This document shows positions 53,277-64,000 of a stretch of DNA of 64,000 nt, in pieces. Numbering within the stretch: the stretch's first letter is position 1; every line of letters starts with the position of its first letter. The stretch covers positions 1 through 64,000 of the forward strand of contig CBDBZY010000016.1 of NCBI GenBank assembly GCA_965213685.1, in the 5' to 3' direction. The DNA is from a bacterium. GTDB lineage: Bacteria > UBA8248. The notes beneath the pieces were generated by a model. The model was not told where the DNA came from, searched no databases, and saw only the letters and a program-made list of their open reading frames with translations. The position numbers were made by a program, and so were the translations under genes.

Positions 53277-54108
53277 GGAGGAGAGAGGGAGAATAAGGAT
53301 GACAGTAAAGGAGCTACACACTCAGAAAAGAAGTAAACATGTTATGTACATACATGTATAAATACATGCACACGACTGAGCCCCGCCCACCTCATGTGCA
53401 ATGCTATAATCATACCACTGCCTGCCACACCCACTGAATATGCCCACACTCCATGGCCAGCGCACATGCACACACATGCACACAGCACAGCATGTGCACT
53501 GCTCCACACTCAACTGCACTGAGACCAGTGCAGTCATAGTCTCAGCGACATCACTGCCTGCCTGTGCGCATGTATGCCTGTCACAGTTTTGGCCCCCTGG
53601 GGGGCAGTCCCACACTATGGGTAAATGTGGAAACATACATAGCTGCCTCAATGACATCAGGGAGGGAGGGAGGGAGGGAGAGAGGGGGGGGAGGGAGGGA
53701 GGAGGGGGGGAGAGAGGGGGGGAGAGAGGGAGGGAGGGAGGGAGGGAGGAGGGAGGGAGGGAGGGAAAAAGAGAGGGAGGGAGGGAGGGAGGGGAAGCAT
53801 CCAAAAGAGGATTCCTAATGAGGTCCATCTCTCAGCACCACCTTCAGTGAGGAGCAGCAGGTGGCCAGCACACTGTGGGGGGAGGGGGAGGGAAGGAGGG
53901 AAAGAGGGAGGGGGAGGGGGGGAGGGGTGAGAGGGGAAGGAAGAAAGGGTGGCAAGGGAGACAGCACACACTACATGCATACGGTACATGTAAGAGGTAT
54001 GCACAGGAAGATGCCACCGGCCGTGGTCCCAGGACCGCTGGCGGTGAGTATCTCCTGACCAGCCACACATGCCTACACATGTAAACTCATTCAATGAGAC
54101 AAGGGAAA

Positions 54109-54447
54109 CATTAACACGGCTTAATCCCCCCATCTTGGCTCCTCCCCTGACGGAGAGGTGTTTCCGGTCGACCCCTAAAGGGGTTCTGACGGCACAAGAT
54201 TACGGGGTGGCTGTCGTGGGAAGTTGGCAGATTAGCCAACGACCGCTGACAGTACATAAGGGAGAATGGGGAGACAGACTTTTGTCCCGAGTAATGGCCT
54301 GGTGCTTGGTGCACTGGACTCTCAGTCACTAGGCCCGGGTTCGATGCTCGGGACGGAAGTTTGTCTTTCCATTCTTCCCTCTTCACCTGAGTTATCAGAA
54401 ATATTTAAATATCCCTCAGCAGGTGCCGAGGTCCTCATATTACCATC
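54109..54447 (+). mobile_element. 339-bp insertion with tRNA-like core in a long hairpin, flanked by 13-bp direct repeats
   Basis: GAGACAAGGGAAA at 54096-54108 and 54448-54460; B box GGTTCGATGC; inverted arms 54264-54291 and 54347-54374. Confidence 0.6.
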
Positions 54448-54885
54448 GAGACAAGGGAAAGTGAGCCACTGCATGTGCACGTATGCACACAGACTGATGC
54501 ATGCGGAAGCTCAGAGACAGCCCCACCCACGTGAGCCGGGCACCCTCTGTGGAGTCTCCCCTGCTATATAGCCACGAGGAAGGAACTACCACCCAGCACC
54601 TGGGGGGGGGGGGGGGAAGGAGAGAAGGGAGGGAGGGAGAGAAGGGAAAAGAAAAGAGGGAGAGAGGGGAACGAGAAGCAAACAGAGGAGGAAGGAGGGA
54701 ATGGGGGGGGGGGGGATAGAGAGAGGATGGGTGAGAGGTAAGGGATAAAAAAGTGAAGGAGATACCCACTGAAAGAAAGAAGTGAACATGTTATTTACAT
54801 GTACATGTACATGAATGTGCAGTGCTCATGTGCAGTACTGCACACGTGGCAGTGCCTGTACACATGTACTGAACAGGCACATACT

Positions 54886-54983
<98 letters not shown>

Positions 54984-55000
54984 ACACACACACACACACA

Positions 55001-55186
<186 letters not shown>

Positions 55187-55944
55187 ATGTACACCGCTAC
55201 ACACTCTAGTGTATAAGTGCCACCTCAGCTGCCTCAATGACATCACTGCCTGCCTGCATACATGTGTATGTACATTTAAAGACTTGTTTTGGCTCCAGGG
55301 GGGGCAGTCCCATGCTGTGGGCAAGTGTGCAAAGATAGCCAGCTCAATGACATCATTGCCCCACACGAGGCATGTGTGAGTACGTACATGCCTGCCCAGT
55401 TGCCATGGATACACATGCACACATCACTAGCACTGTGCATGAGTAGTGTCCATCAGTTGTAGGCCCACGCACATCACACTTCAAATGCTGCCCACACACT
55501 GTGCTGTGCCTGGCGGCCCACAGAGTGCCAGTTGTGCTCTGTGCACACGTATTGTGTGTACCTGCACACACACAGTGCAGAGCGTGTGCCTCCCCACACT
55601 TCAGAGAGTTAGGAGCAAACACAGCCAGCTCAATGGCACCATTGTCTGCATGCAAGGGGAGGGGGGGAGGGGGGGAGGGGGAGTGAGGGAGGGAGGGAGG
55701 GAGGGAGGGGGGGAGGAGTGTGGGAGGCACGAAGGAAGAGGGAGGGAGTGGGGGAGGGAGGGAGGAACGGGAGGGAAAAGGGAGGGAGGGGGGAGGGCAA
55801 AAAGAAGTCTAGCTGAGGAGAAAAGGAGAGAGGGAGAGCAGTGCACACTCTGTGCCTGGGGATTCCCCCTGGGATTCCCCCTCCCCCACAGTTGACATGT
55901 TGTGGTTTTGAACAGCTGCTGCTGCCACGTGCCCTACCAGCTGC

Positions 55945-56050
55945 TGCCCAGTGGCTCAGTTGGTAGGAGCAGTGGTCTAAAAACTTAGTTGTCACGTGTT
56001 CAAATTCCAATTGTTACTGTCTGCCCTGAATGCATGCCTTGCTTTTGCCC
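55945..56050 (+). mobile_element. tRNA-derived SINE-like element (duplicate of 763-870)
   Basis: Near-identical to 763-870. Confidence 0.55.
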
Positions 56051-56721
56051 CCGGTCTCCCAAGTGTAAAGGTCAGTCTCCTACAACTCCCTCACACCACA
56101 CACTGTGCCAAAGTTCATCCAAGCCACACCCACCTTGTTCCTTCCTGTCACAGTCTCCTTGCACAGAGGGCACCTCTTCACCCTCCCCCCACACCCCTCA
56201 CAGGTTGCCATGTGTCCACACGGCAACAGAACCTCCTCCCTCTTGGCATGGCCACACACCAGACACTCCACCACAGCAGAGCCATTGGAGGACTATATAG
56301 AGGGAGGGAGGGAGGGAAGGGCAGGAGGGAGGAAGGAGGGGAGTGGAGGGGAGAGGGAGAGAGGGAAGGAGGGATTCAGAAAGAGAGAGGGAGAGGGAGG
56401 GTGGAAGAAAGGGGGTGAGGAGGGGGGGGAAGAAGAGAGGGAGAGGGTGAGTTAGGGATGAAAGAATGGTCAACAACTTGTAAGGTGCCCATGTTGCCCC
56501 TAGCAACAGGCCCCACCCACCTGCTGTCCAGTGGGGGCAACCTTGACCACCTTGTGCTCCTCACTGCACTTCTTGAGCAGTTTCATGAGAGTGGGGTCAG
56601 AGCAGAGGTCAAGGGGAGTCTGGTTCTTCTTGTTCCTCACCTGCACACCATCACACATGTCATCATCACCACATGCACACCTCACATGTCACCATCACCA
56701 CACTCATGCATGCATGCACAC

Positions 56722-56918
<197 letters not shown>

Positions 56919-57963
56919 GGAGGCTGGCTCCAGTGGAGCAGAGGAAGATGGCAATACTGGCACTGCTCTTCTTCTCAGAGGACACTGCCACCATCGCCTG
57001 GAGGGGGGGGGGGGGGGGGAGAGGGAGGGAGGGAGGGAGAAAAGGAGAGATAGAGAGAGCACGGTTGGCAAAGAGGGTAGGAGAGAGGGAGAGTGAGGGA
57101 CGAAGAGAGAGGGAAGGGAGGGAGAAGGTAAAGGAATGAAGTGCACTTAAAAGAAAGCATACTACTTGCGTTTCCATGGCAATAGCAGGTGGCCCTCTTG
57201 GCCACACCCACCTTCCCAATGTCCCGGTTGCTCTCCTTCAGCTGCCTCAGCTGGGACATGGTGTGGTGGCGGAGGGCCTCGTGCAGGGGGTGGTCCCCAA
57301 ACTTGTCCCCAAGGTCAGAGTTCGCTCCCTCCTCCACCAGCAGCCTCACTATCTGTATGTTCCTCCTCTCCACCGCCAGATGGAGGGGAGTCTGCTGGTT
57401 GATGTTCTGGACATCAGGACTGGCACCCTGGGGGAGGAGGGGGGGGAGGGAGGGAGGGAGGGAGGGGAGGAGAGGGGGAGAGATACACTTCTGCCAAACA
57501 GCCCAGCTATAATGAGAGTGAGGCTGTTGCTGGACCATTCCCTTCTCTGTTAACCAACTGTGCCATCTCATCAATCTCTCACTCTCTCTCCATTCCTTAT
57601 CCTCCCTCTCTCCCTCCCTCCCTCCTTCCTGCCCACCCTCCCTCCCTCTCTCCCTCTCTCCATCCCTCCCCCCCCCCTCCCTCCCTCACGTGCTGCAGCA
57701 GGGCCTGGGCTGCCTCCAGGTGGTTGTTGAGGGCCGCCAGGTGGAGGGCAGTGAAGCCATCGTCCTTCGGCCCATCCACCCCACACGAGGGGGGCAGGCT
57801 GGGGAGCACCTGGCGCAGGGCACCGATGTTTCCCCTGGGAGGAGGGGGGAGGGAGAGGACACAGAGAGATCGTGTTACTTCCCACCACTGCCTCAATCTC
57901 ATCCTTTCCCACTTCCACAACCCTCCCTCCCTCCCTCATCCTCCCCCTCCACTCATTGATCCA

Positions 57964-57996
<33 letters not shown>

Positions 57997-58087
57997 GTGT
58001 CTGTCTGTGTGTCTGTCTGTCTGTGTGTCTGTCTGTCTGTGTGTCTGTCTGTTGTGATAAATCTGCTTCTTGCTCATCAGTCATCAG

Positions 58088-58862
58088 TAGGGATAGATAA
58101 ATTATGCTCAACTTTTTGCCTATAATTCTATTCCCAGATTCTCTTAAAACTACCTATAATTTTTGCTTGATTTTATATAATTCTTTCAATTAATGCCTAA
58201 AATTTTCAAAAAATTCCTTTTAAAGCATTGCATATGTGCTTTAAGTAGGCATAATAGTCAAAGGTGACATGATAAAAAGTTCAAGGTGACATTATGTAGT
58301 TTGAAATGACAGTGTTATCTGTAATTGTACTGTAACATTATGGATGTCTCGATGTAGTCCTCCAAACTGTTGGCCTGTTGCTCTTTAAATGAACTAGATA
58401 GTAGAGAAAATACACGTTCAGCAGCGGCCGAGGAAGGCTGTATTAGTAGGATAAGCTTGTAGGCGCGACAAAACAGTCTTCCACTAGAAACGCACAAGTA
58501 ATCGTCCGGAAACTCTCGAAGTCACGATTCTGGGGTAATCGACTGCGGTTCGGCTGCTACAGCTCCCTTTCCTTTTTTGCAACCAGTTGGAGGTTTATTC
58601 TTGGTTAGCTTCCGCTTTCGAGCCAACGTTGAGCTAGTGGGACTCCTGAGCTTTTCTAACAGTGACGGGACGGCCTGTTCTACTTCTTCCTCCACTTCCT
58701 CTTCCATGTGTGCGCTCATTCTAAATTAGCGACACCAGTAAAATTGAATTTGAGTTGTGCGCCTGCGTATAGCTACTTCTATGTCTAGGCTGCCTATAAT
58801 TCAAAATACTCCTGGTTGCCTATAATTCTCAAAATTATGCTGGCATAATTTATCTATCCCTA
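58088..58862 (-). mobile_element. internally deleted hAT transposon in a MIB1 intron
   Basis: TIR TAGGGATAGATAAATTATGC; 8-bp TSD GTCATCAG (58080-58087, 58863-58870); transposase N-terminus (..SGRLFCRA) joined to C-terminus (QPSSAAAERVFSLL..YNYR*). Confidence 0.92.
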
Positions 58863-60070
58863 GTCATCAGTCCATTCATCTGCCCAACCCTCCCCCCTAC
58901 CCCTCCCCCTCACCTCAGCGCTGCGTGGTGGATGGAGTTGAATCCGTTGTTGTTGGCTGTAGTGATGTCCGCCCCTCCCTCCAGCAGAAGCCCTACCATG
59001 TCATCTCTCTTCTTGGAGATGGCATCGTGCAGTGGAGTGTCTCCCTCAGAGTCCTGCAGAGAGGGAGGGAGGAGGAGGGAGAGGAGGGTGGAGAAAGATG
59101 GTAGGAGAGAAAGAAATTCAACTGTTTAGTTCATCAAACTCTCCTGATCCCTCCCTCACTTCTTCACTCCCGCCTCCTCCGTCCCTCCCTCCCTCTCTCT
59201 CTCCCTCCCTCCCTCCCTCCCTCCCTCCCTCCCTCCCTCCCCCCCTCACCTTGCAGGCTGGGGTGGCACTGGTGCTGCAGCAGGACCTTAATCACACTCA
59301 CGTGGCCCTTGTTCACGGCCACGTGGAGCGGCGTCTGCTTGCGCCGGTTCCTGGCATTGAGGTCCACCCCGTGCCTGGCCAGGAGGTAGATAATGTCTGG
59401 CTCATCCCCAAAGCTGGCGTGGTGGACCGCCCTGTCCCCATCCTTGTCCTGAGGGGGGGGGGGGGAGGGAGGGAGGGAAGGAGGGAGGGAGGGAGAGAGG
59501 GAGGAAGGGAGAGAGAGAGAAAAGAAGGAAGAGGTTGCAGTCTTCTATTAGGAGTCTGTGCTGTACCGCTCTAGCGGTAGTTCTCTAGTTCTAGCTCCCA
59601 GTTGAAACTTAATAACTACTGCTAACTGAAGCCCCACCCACCTCCTCCTCTATGTTGGCTCCATGCCTGACGAGGCAGCGCAGCACATCCATGTGGCCAT
59701 TCTGGCTGGCCGCCTGGAGGGCCGTGTGGCCGTTGAACTGGTCATCAATGGCAACCATCCTCTCCCTCACTATCTCCTCCACCCTCCCCAGGTCCCCACT
59801 CGCTGCACTCTTCACCAGCTCCTCAATCGGATTGGATGACTTGTGCTGCTCAAACATGTGCCGCAGCAGCTGAGAGACGTTCTCTGGGGGAGGTGAGGGG
59901 GTGAGGGGGGGAGAGGGGGAGGGGAAGAGGGTACATACATGTACATGTACATGTACAGTAGTACATGAAAAGGACTGACAGACAGACAGACAGAAACAAA
60001 ATAGGCAGGCAGACAGGCAGGTAGGCAGGGAGGCAGGCAGGCAAGTGGACAGGCAGACAGACAGACAGAC

Positions 60071-60109
<39 letters not shown>

Positions 60110-60168
60110 ATGTGGAAGAAAAAGTGTTCTCTATAAGGGAACAGCCTATCAACTTTGCCTGCTGGCTG

Positions 60169-60241
60169 GGCTCTTTAGCTCAGTCGGTAGAGCGTCAGTG
60201 TATAAAGCTGAGAGTCGTGGGTTCGAGTCCCGCAGGAGTCC
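60169..60241 (+). other. tRNA-like cloverleaf (SINE head or pseudo-tRNA), copy 3
   Basis: Homologue of 39224-39296; last anticodon-stem pair is T-G. Confidence 0.65.
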
Positions 60242-61137
60242 ACTTTTTCTTCCTCTTTCTTTCCATCACTCAGATGATACGGCAGTGAGTTTTCCCCCTC
60301 ATACACTAACCAGGCTGGGCTGGGTTTGGTTGCCCCAGACTTTATTAACCACTTTGTGGATTGAGGGGTTACCACATGTGTCTATTAGACAGACAGACAG
60401 AGAGGCAGGCAGCTGGTCAGAACAACATTCCAGCAACATCCATGGAATGCTGGCCATAGTCACCAGACGGAATTCTCCGCGTATTCCGTCTGCTCGCGAG
60501 ACTACCTCCCTCCCTCCCCTACCTCCCTCCCCTCCTCCCTCCCTCCCTCACCATCCCATCCACTCCCATCCGGTAGAGGTTCTTCACTCTGTTGTCCCAC
60601 ACCACGTAGGCTGCGCTCTGAGGAGTGCTGGCACTCCAGTCCTGAACCTGCAGCACCTTCCCCTTGCTCCCTGACCCACCTGCAGGGGAGGGAGGGAGGG
60701 AGAGACAAGAGATGCGTGAGATATCATTCCCTCCCTCCTCCTTCCTTTCTTCCTTCCTCCCTCATCACTTCCTCCCCCTCTCCCTCTCCTCCCTCCTTCT
60801 CCCTCCATCCTCCCTCCCTCCCTACCCCTTCCCCTCCCTACCACTTCCCCCTCCCTCTCCCTCTCCCTCCTCCCTCCCCAGCCTCATCCCTCCCTCCCCC
60901 TCACCCTCCCTCCTTCCTCCCTGCCCCATCCCCCCCCCCCTCCCCCACCCCTCCCTCCTTCTCCCTCCATCCTCCCTCCCTCCCTCCCTACCCCTTCCCC
61001 CTCCCCCCCCCCTCCCTCCCTCCCTCACCATCCTGGTCCTCCCACTGCCAGTCCACTCCCCTCACTACTCGTGCTCCAGCGAAGGCTCCTCGAGCAGTCA
61101 CCTTCTTGCTCCTGCGACGACTATGGACAGTGATCCT

Positions 61138-61290
61138 GTGAGGGTGAGGAGTAAGGAGTGAGGGTGAGGAGTGAGGAGTGAGGGTGAGGGGGTGAGGAGT
61201 GAGGGGTGAGGAGTGACAGGTGAGGGGTGAGGAGTGAGGAGTGACAGGTGAGGGGTAAGGAGGGAGGAGTGAGGAGTGAGAGGTAAGTGA
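61138..61290. repeat. (GTGAGGR)n heptamer tandem repeat
   Basis: Expanded relative to the homologous tract at ~40259-40295. Confidence 0.85.
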
Positions 61291-61461
61291 GGGGTGATCG
61301 AGGGTGGGGAGCGACAGGTCAGATGTGTACAAACAACCTCTTCTATAAGCATCCCCAATGAGCACATGCTATACAAATACATGTACCTGAGGAATGTTAG
61401 GAATGTGAAGAATGCTCCAAACAAACAGCAACCAGTTTGTATGCACAGGCATGAAAAATAG

Positions 61462-62243
61462 TATGGAGGGTGATTAGTGCCCCAATTTTTTATTGTTATA
61501 GTGTCTTTTTTATTTCTCCTGGAAAATATTTATGTAGACACGATTGTAATTTTTTATGATGACATCTCATTATAAAAATACCCCCTCACATTTTTGTTAC
61601 AACATTTCATAATAAAAAGTTTGCACACGTATTTCTATTATGACATTTCATAATAAAAATTGTGCCCACATTTCTATTATGACATTTCATAATAAAAATG
61701 AAATGGAGTTCAAAGGTCGAAGGTCAACTTTGATGTGCATGCGGTTGATACTTTCGCGCACGGATTACGCGCGCGCGCTAACACTGGAGGGAGCAATAGC
61801 ACAGTTCTTGGTTGTAACTTAGCTCAGAGCCAGGCAAGAGCGCCACTGGAGGCTAACTATGCTAGGCGCAGACGTTTACTAACACACTTCTATATGTCAG
61901 CGCACAAACACTATGTGATTATAGCTTCCTGCCGTTCACTCATTTTGTTCAGTTGTTGACCGTCATTCTGTCATGCAGTCATTACATTGTACTTTATGAC
62001 AAGTATATGGACAAAGTTTTTACACAAACTCTTCACTCTATGTATCTGAGTATTGTGAAATGTCATAATTAAAATATGAGTACAATTTTTATTATGAAAT
62101 GTCATAATAAAAATGTGAGGGGGTATTTTTTTAATTAGATGTCATAATAAAAAATTACAATCGTGTCTACATAAATATTTTCCAGGAGAAATAAAAAAAG
62201 ACACTATAACAATAAAAAATTTTGGCACTAATCACCCTCCATA
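61462..62243. mobile_element. non-autonomous DNA transposon with ~190-bp TIRs and 6-bp TSD
   Basis: TIR begins TATGGAGGGTGATTAGTGCC; subterminal TTATGACATTTCATAATAA repeats; TSD AAATAG (61456-61461, 62244-62249); empty site ATGAAAAATAGATACC at ~40461. Confidence 0.88.
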
Positions 62244-64000
62244 AAATAGATACCTAGAAAAGGTGCCTACGGCCAGTAGACACCAGGCACCCAACAATCA
62301 GAACACCATATTAGGAGTAGCCTTGCTCTAATCACAGGTACATGTACATTGCACTGGCACAGTCACACGCCATGTGGTATGTACGTACATGTGCATGTCC
62401 ACCACATGCATGTGATGATGTCAGCAGCACTCGGTGGCAGTAGAGGTATTCTGCAGCCTCAGAGCAGCCCCCACACTCACACCTGAACTGGCACAGCCTC
62501 ACACCACACCCACCACCTCTGGTCTGGACTGAGGGAGGGAGGGAGGGAGGGTGGAGGGGGTAAAAGGAGAAAAGGAGAGGGGGAGATGGACAGAGGGAGA
62601 GAGAGAGAGAGAGAAGAAAGAAGGAAGAGAGGGAAAGGGAGGGAGAGAGGGAGAGAGGGAAAGCACCCTGGGCTCAGTGCAGGGGATTCCCCCTGGGATT
62701 CCCCCTCCCCCACAGTTGACATGTTGTGGGTTTGAATAGCTGCTGCTGCCACGTGGCCACAACACAATTGGAGCACTTACTGTGCAGGTGCACATGTGTA
62801 TGTACAGGTGTGGATGTGCACGTGCTCTCCCAGGGAGGGGAGGGGGCGTGGCCCCAGCTGCCAGCCACTCATGCCTCTCACTGTGCCCCCTCCTCTCGCT
62901 GGCTCCCTCCCTCCTCTCGGCCTAAGGGCTGCCCCCACAGCCGAGGGACCAGCGCTGCTCTCCTACTGCCACGTACTTCAGGTGGGGCTCTCTTAATAGA
63001 GTCACCACCACAGCCGCTATGCACACCTGCCCCAGCCTCGTGGGCCAGCCACACTTCTGTCTGCATGCACCAGCACTTGTGGCCCCACCCACAGACACGC
63101 CCACCACATGAGCACACACCTGGAGGAGGCTCCTCGTGGAGGGCCACACGGGAACAGAGAGCAGCCTGTGGTGGAGGTGGCCACTGGACCATGTGCTCAT
63201 GGCTGAGCCCACAGTTAGCTCACACTGGCAGCCTGGCACCCACCGCTGGGCAAGATGGCCACGTGTGCAACATGTGAGGGAGGGAGGGAGGGAGGGAGGG
63301 AGGGAGGGAGAGGGGAGAGTGTTAATTAATGGATCCATTTCATGGAATCAGGGAGGGAGGGAGGGAGGGAGGAGGGGAGGGGGGAGAGCACGGAGAGAAG
63401 GGAGGAGGAGGGAGAGGGTGAAGGAGGTTGACTAACGGACCCATTTCATGGAATCACTGATATTATCATCGTGCACAGAAGACATGTACACCATATCTAT
63501 CCTTCACACAGTACCCCCTTCCCCCCTCCCTCCCTCCCTCTCTCCCTCCCTCCCCCTCTCTCCCTCTCCTCCACTTGTCCTCCTTCCCTCCCTCTCACCC
63601 TCCCTCCCTACCTCCTTCCTTGTCACCTTTTTCATATCTCCTGCAGCTGGTGAATGCCATGTGACTATCACATGACTTGCATTACCCCAGCATCCACTTC
63701 TCAAAACATCACACACTCCTCCATCTAAGGGAGAGAGGAGGAGAGAGAAAACAGGGCGTGCCACATGTCTGTGTGTGTGGCAGCTAACTAACGCCACCTA
63801 AATTCTTTCTACAGCAACTAGTGATGATGTTTGTGTCCAACTGAGTATCGTCCCTGGAGCTGAGGCCACGCCCCCTCAACCAGCCCCTCCCACCCCTGGC
63901 TGCTGACCCCTACACAGCACGTTGACTCATGCATCTACGGTATAGCAGGCAACGTGTGGCTCCAACTAACGCCCACCTTCCTCCAAGTTGGCTGTTCTGC

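Overview
Eukaryotic (metazoan, probably sponge; inferred) intron-rich, microsatellite-rich DNA. It is a tandem segmental-duplication array whose unit is a minus-strand Mind bomb 1 (MIB1) E3-ligase pseudogene fragment (3 copies) plus a plus-strand 8-exon gene (2 copies). That gene encodes a six-bladed Kelch propeller, a Roc GTPase, a COR domain and a C-terminal Death domain. The copy at 44632-51644 splices into an uninterrupted 1195-aa ORF. The copy at 10500-31911 is frameshifted and carries two Gypsy LTR retrotransposons (Mag-like, and Gmr1-like with a SCAN-like gag). The Gmr1-like element holds six nested DNA transposons/MITEs with readable TIRs and TSDs. The best candidate for an undescribed system is the Kelch-Roc-COR-Death gene. 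It has a sensor-switch-effector layout, and the differences between its paralogues concentrate as amino-acid changes and indels in the propeller loops while adjacent introns differ by only ~2%, as expected of a diversifying innate-immune receptor. Most ORFs in the supplied track are microsatellite or antisense artefacts. All alignments and counts were done by eye; no database searches were run.
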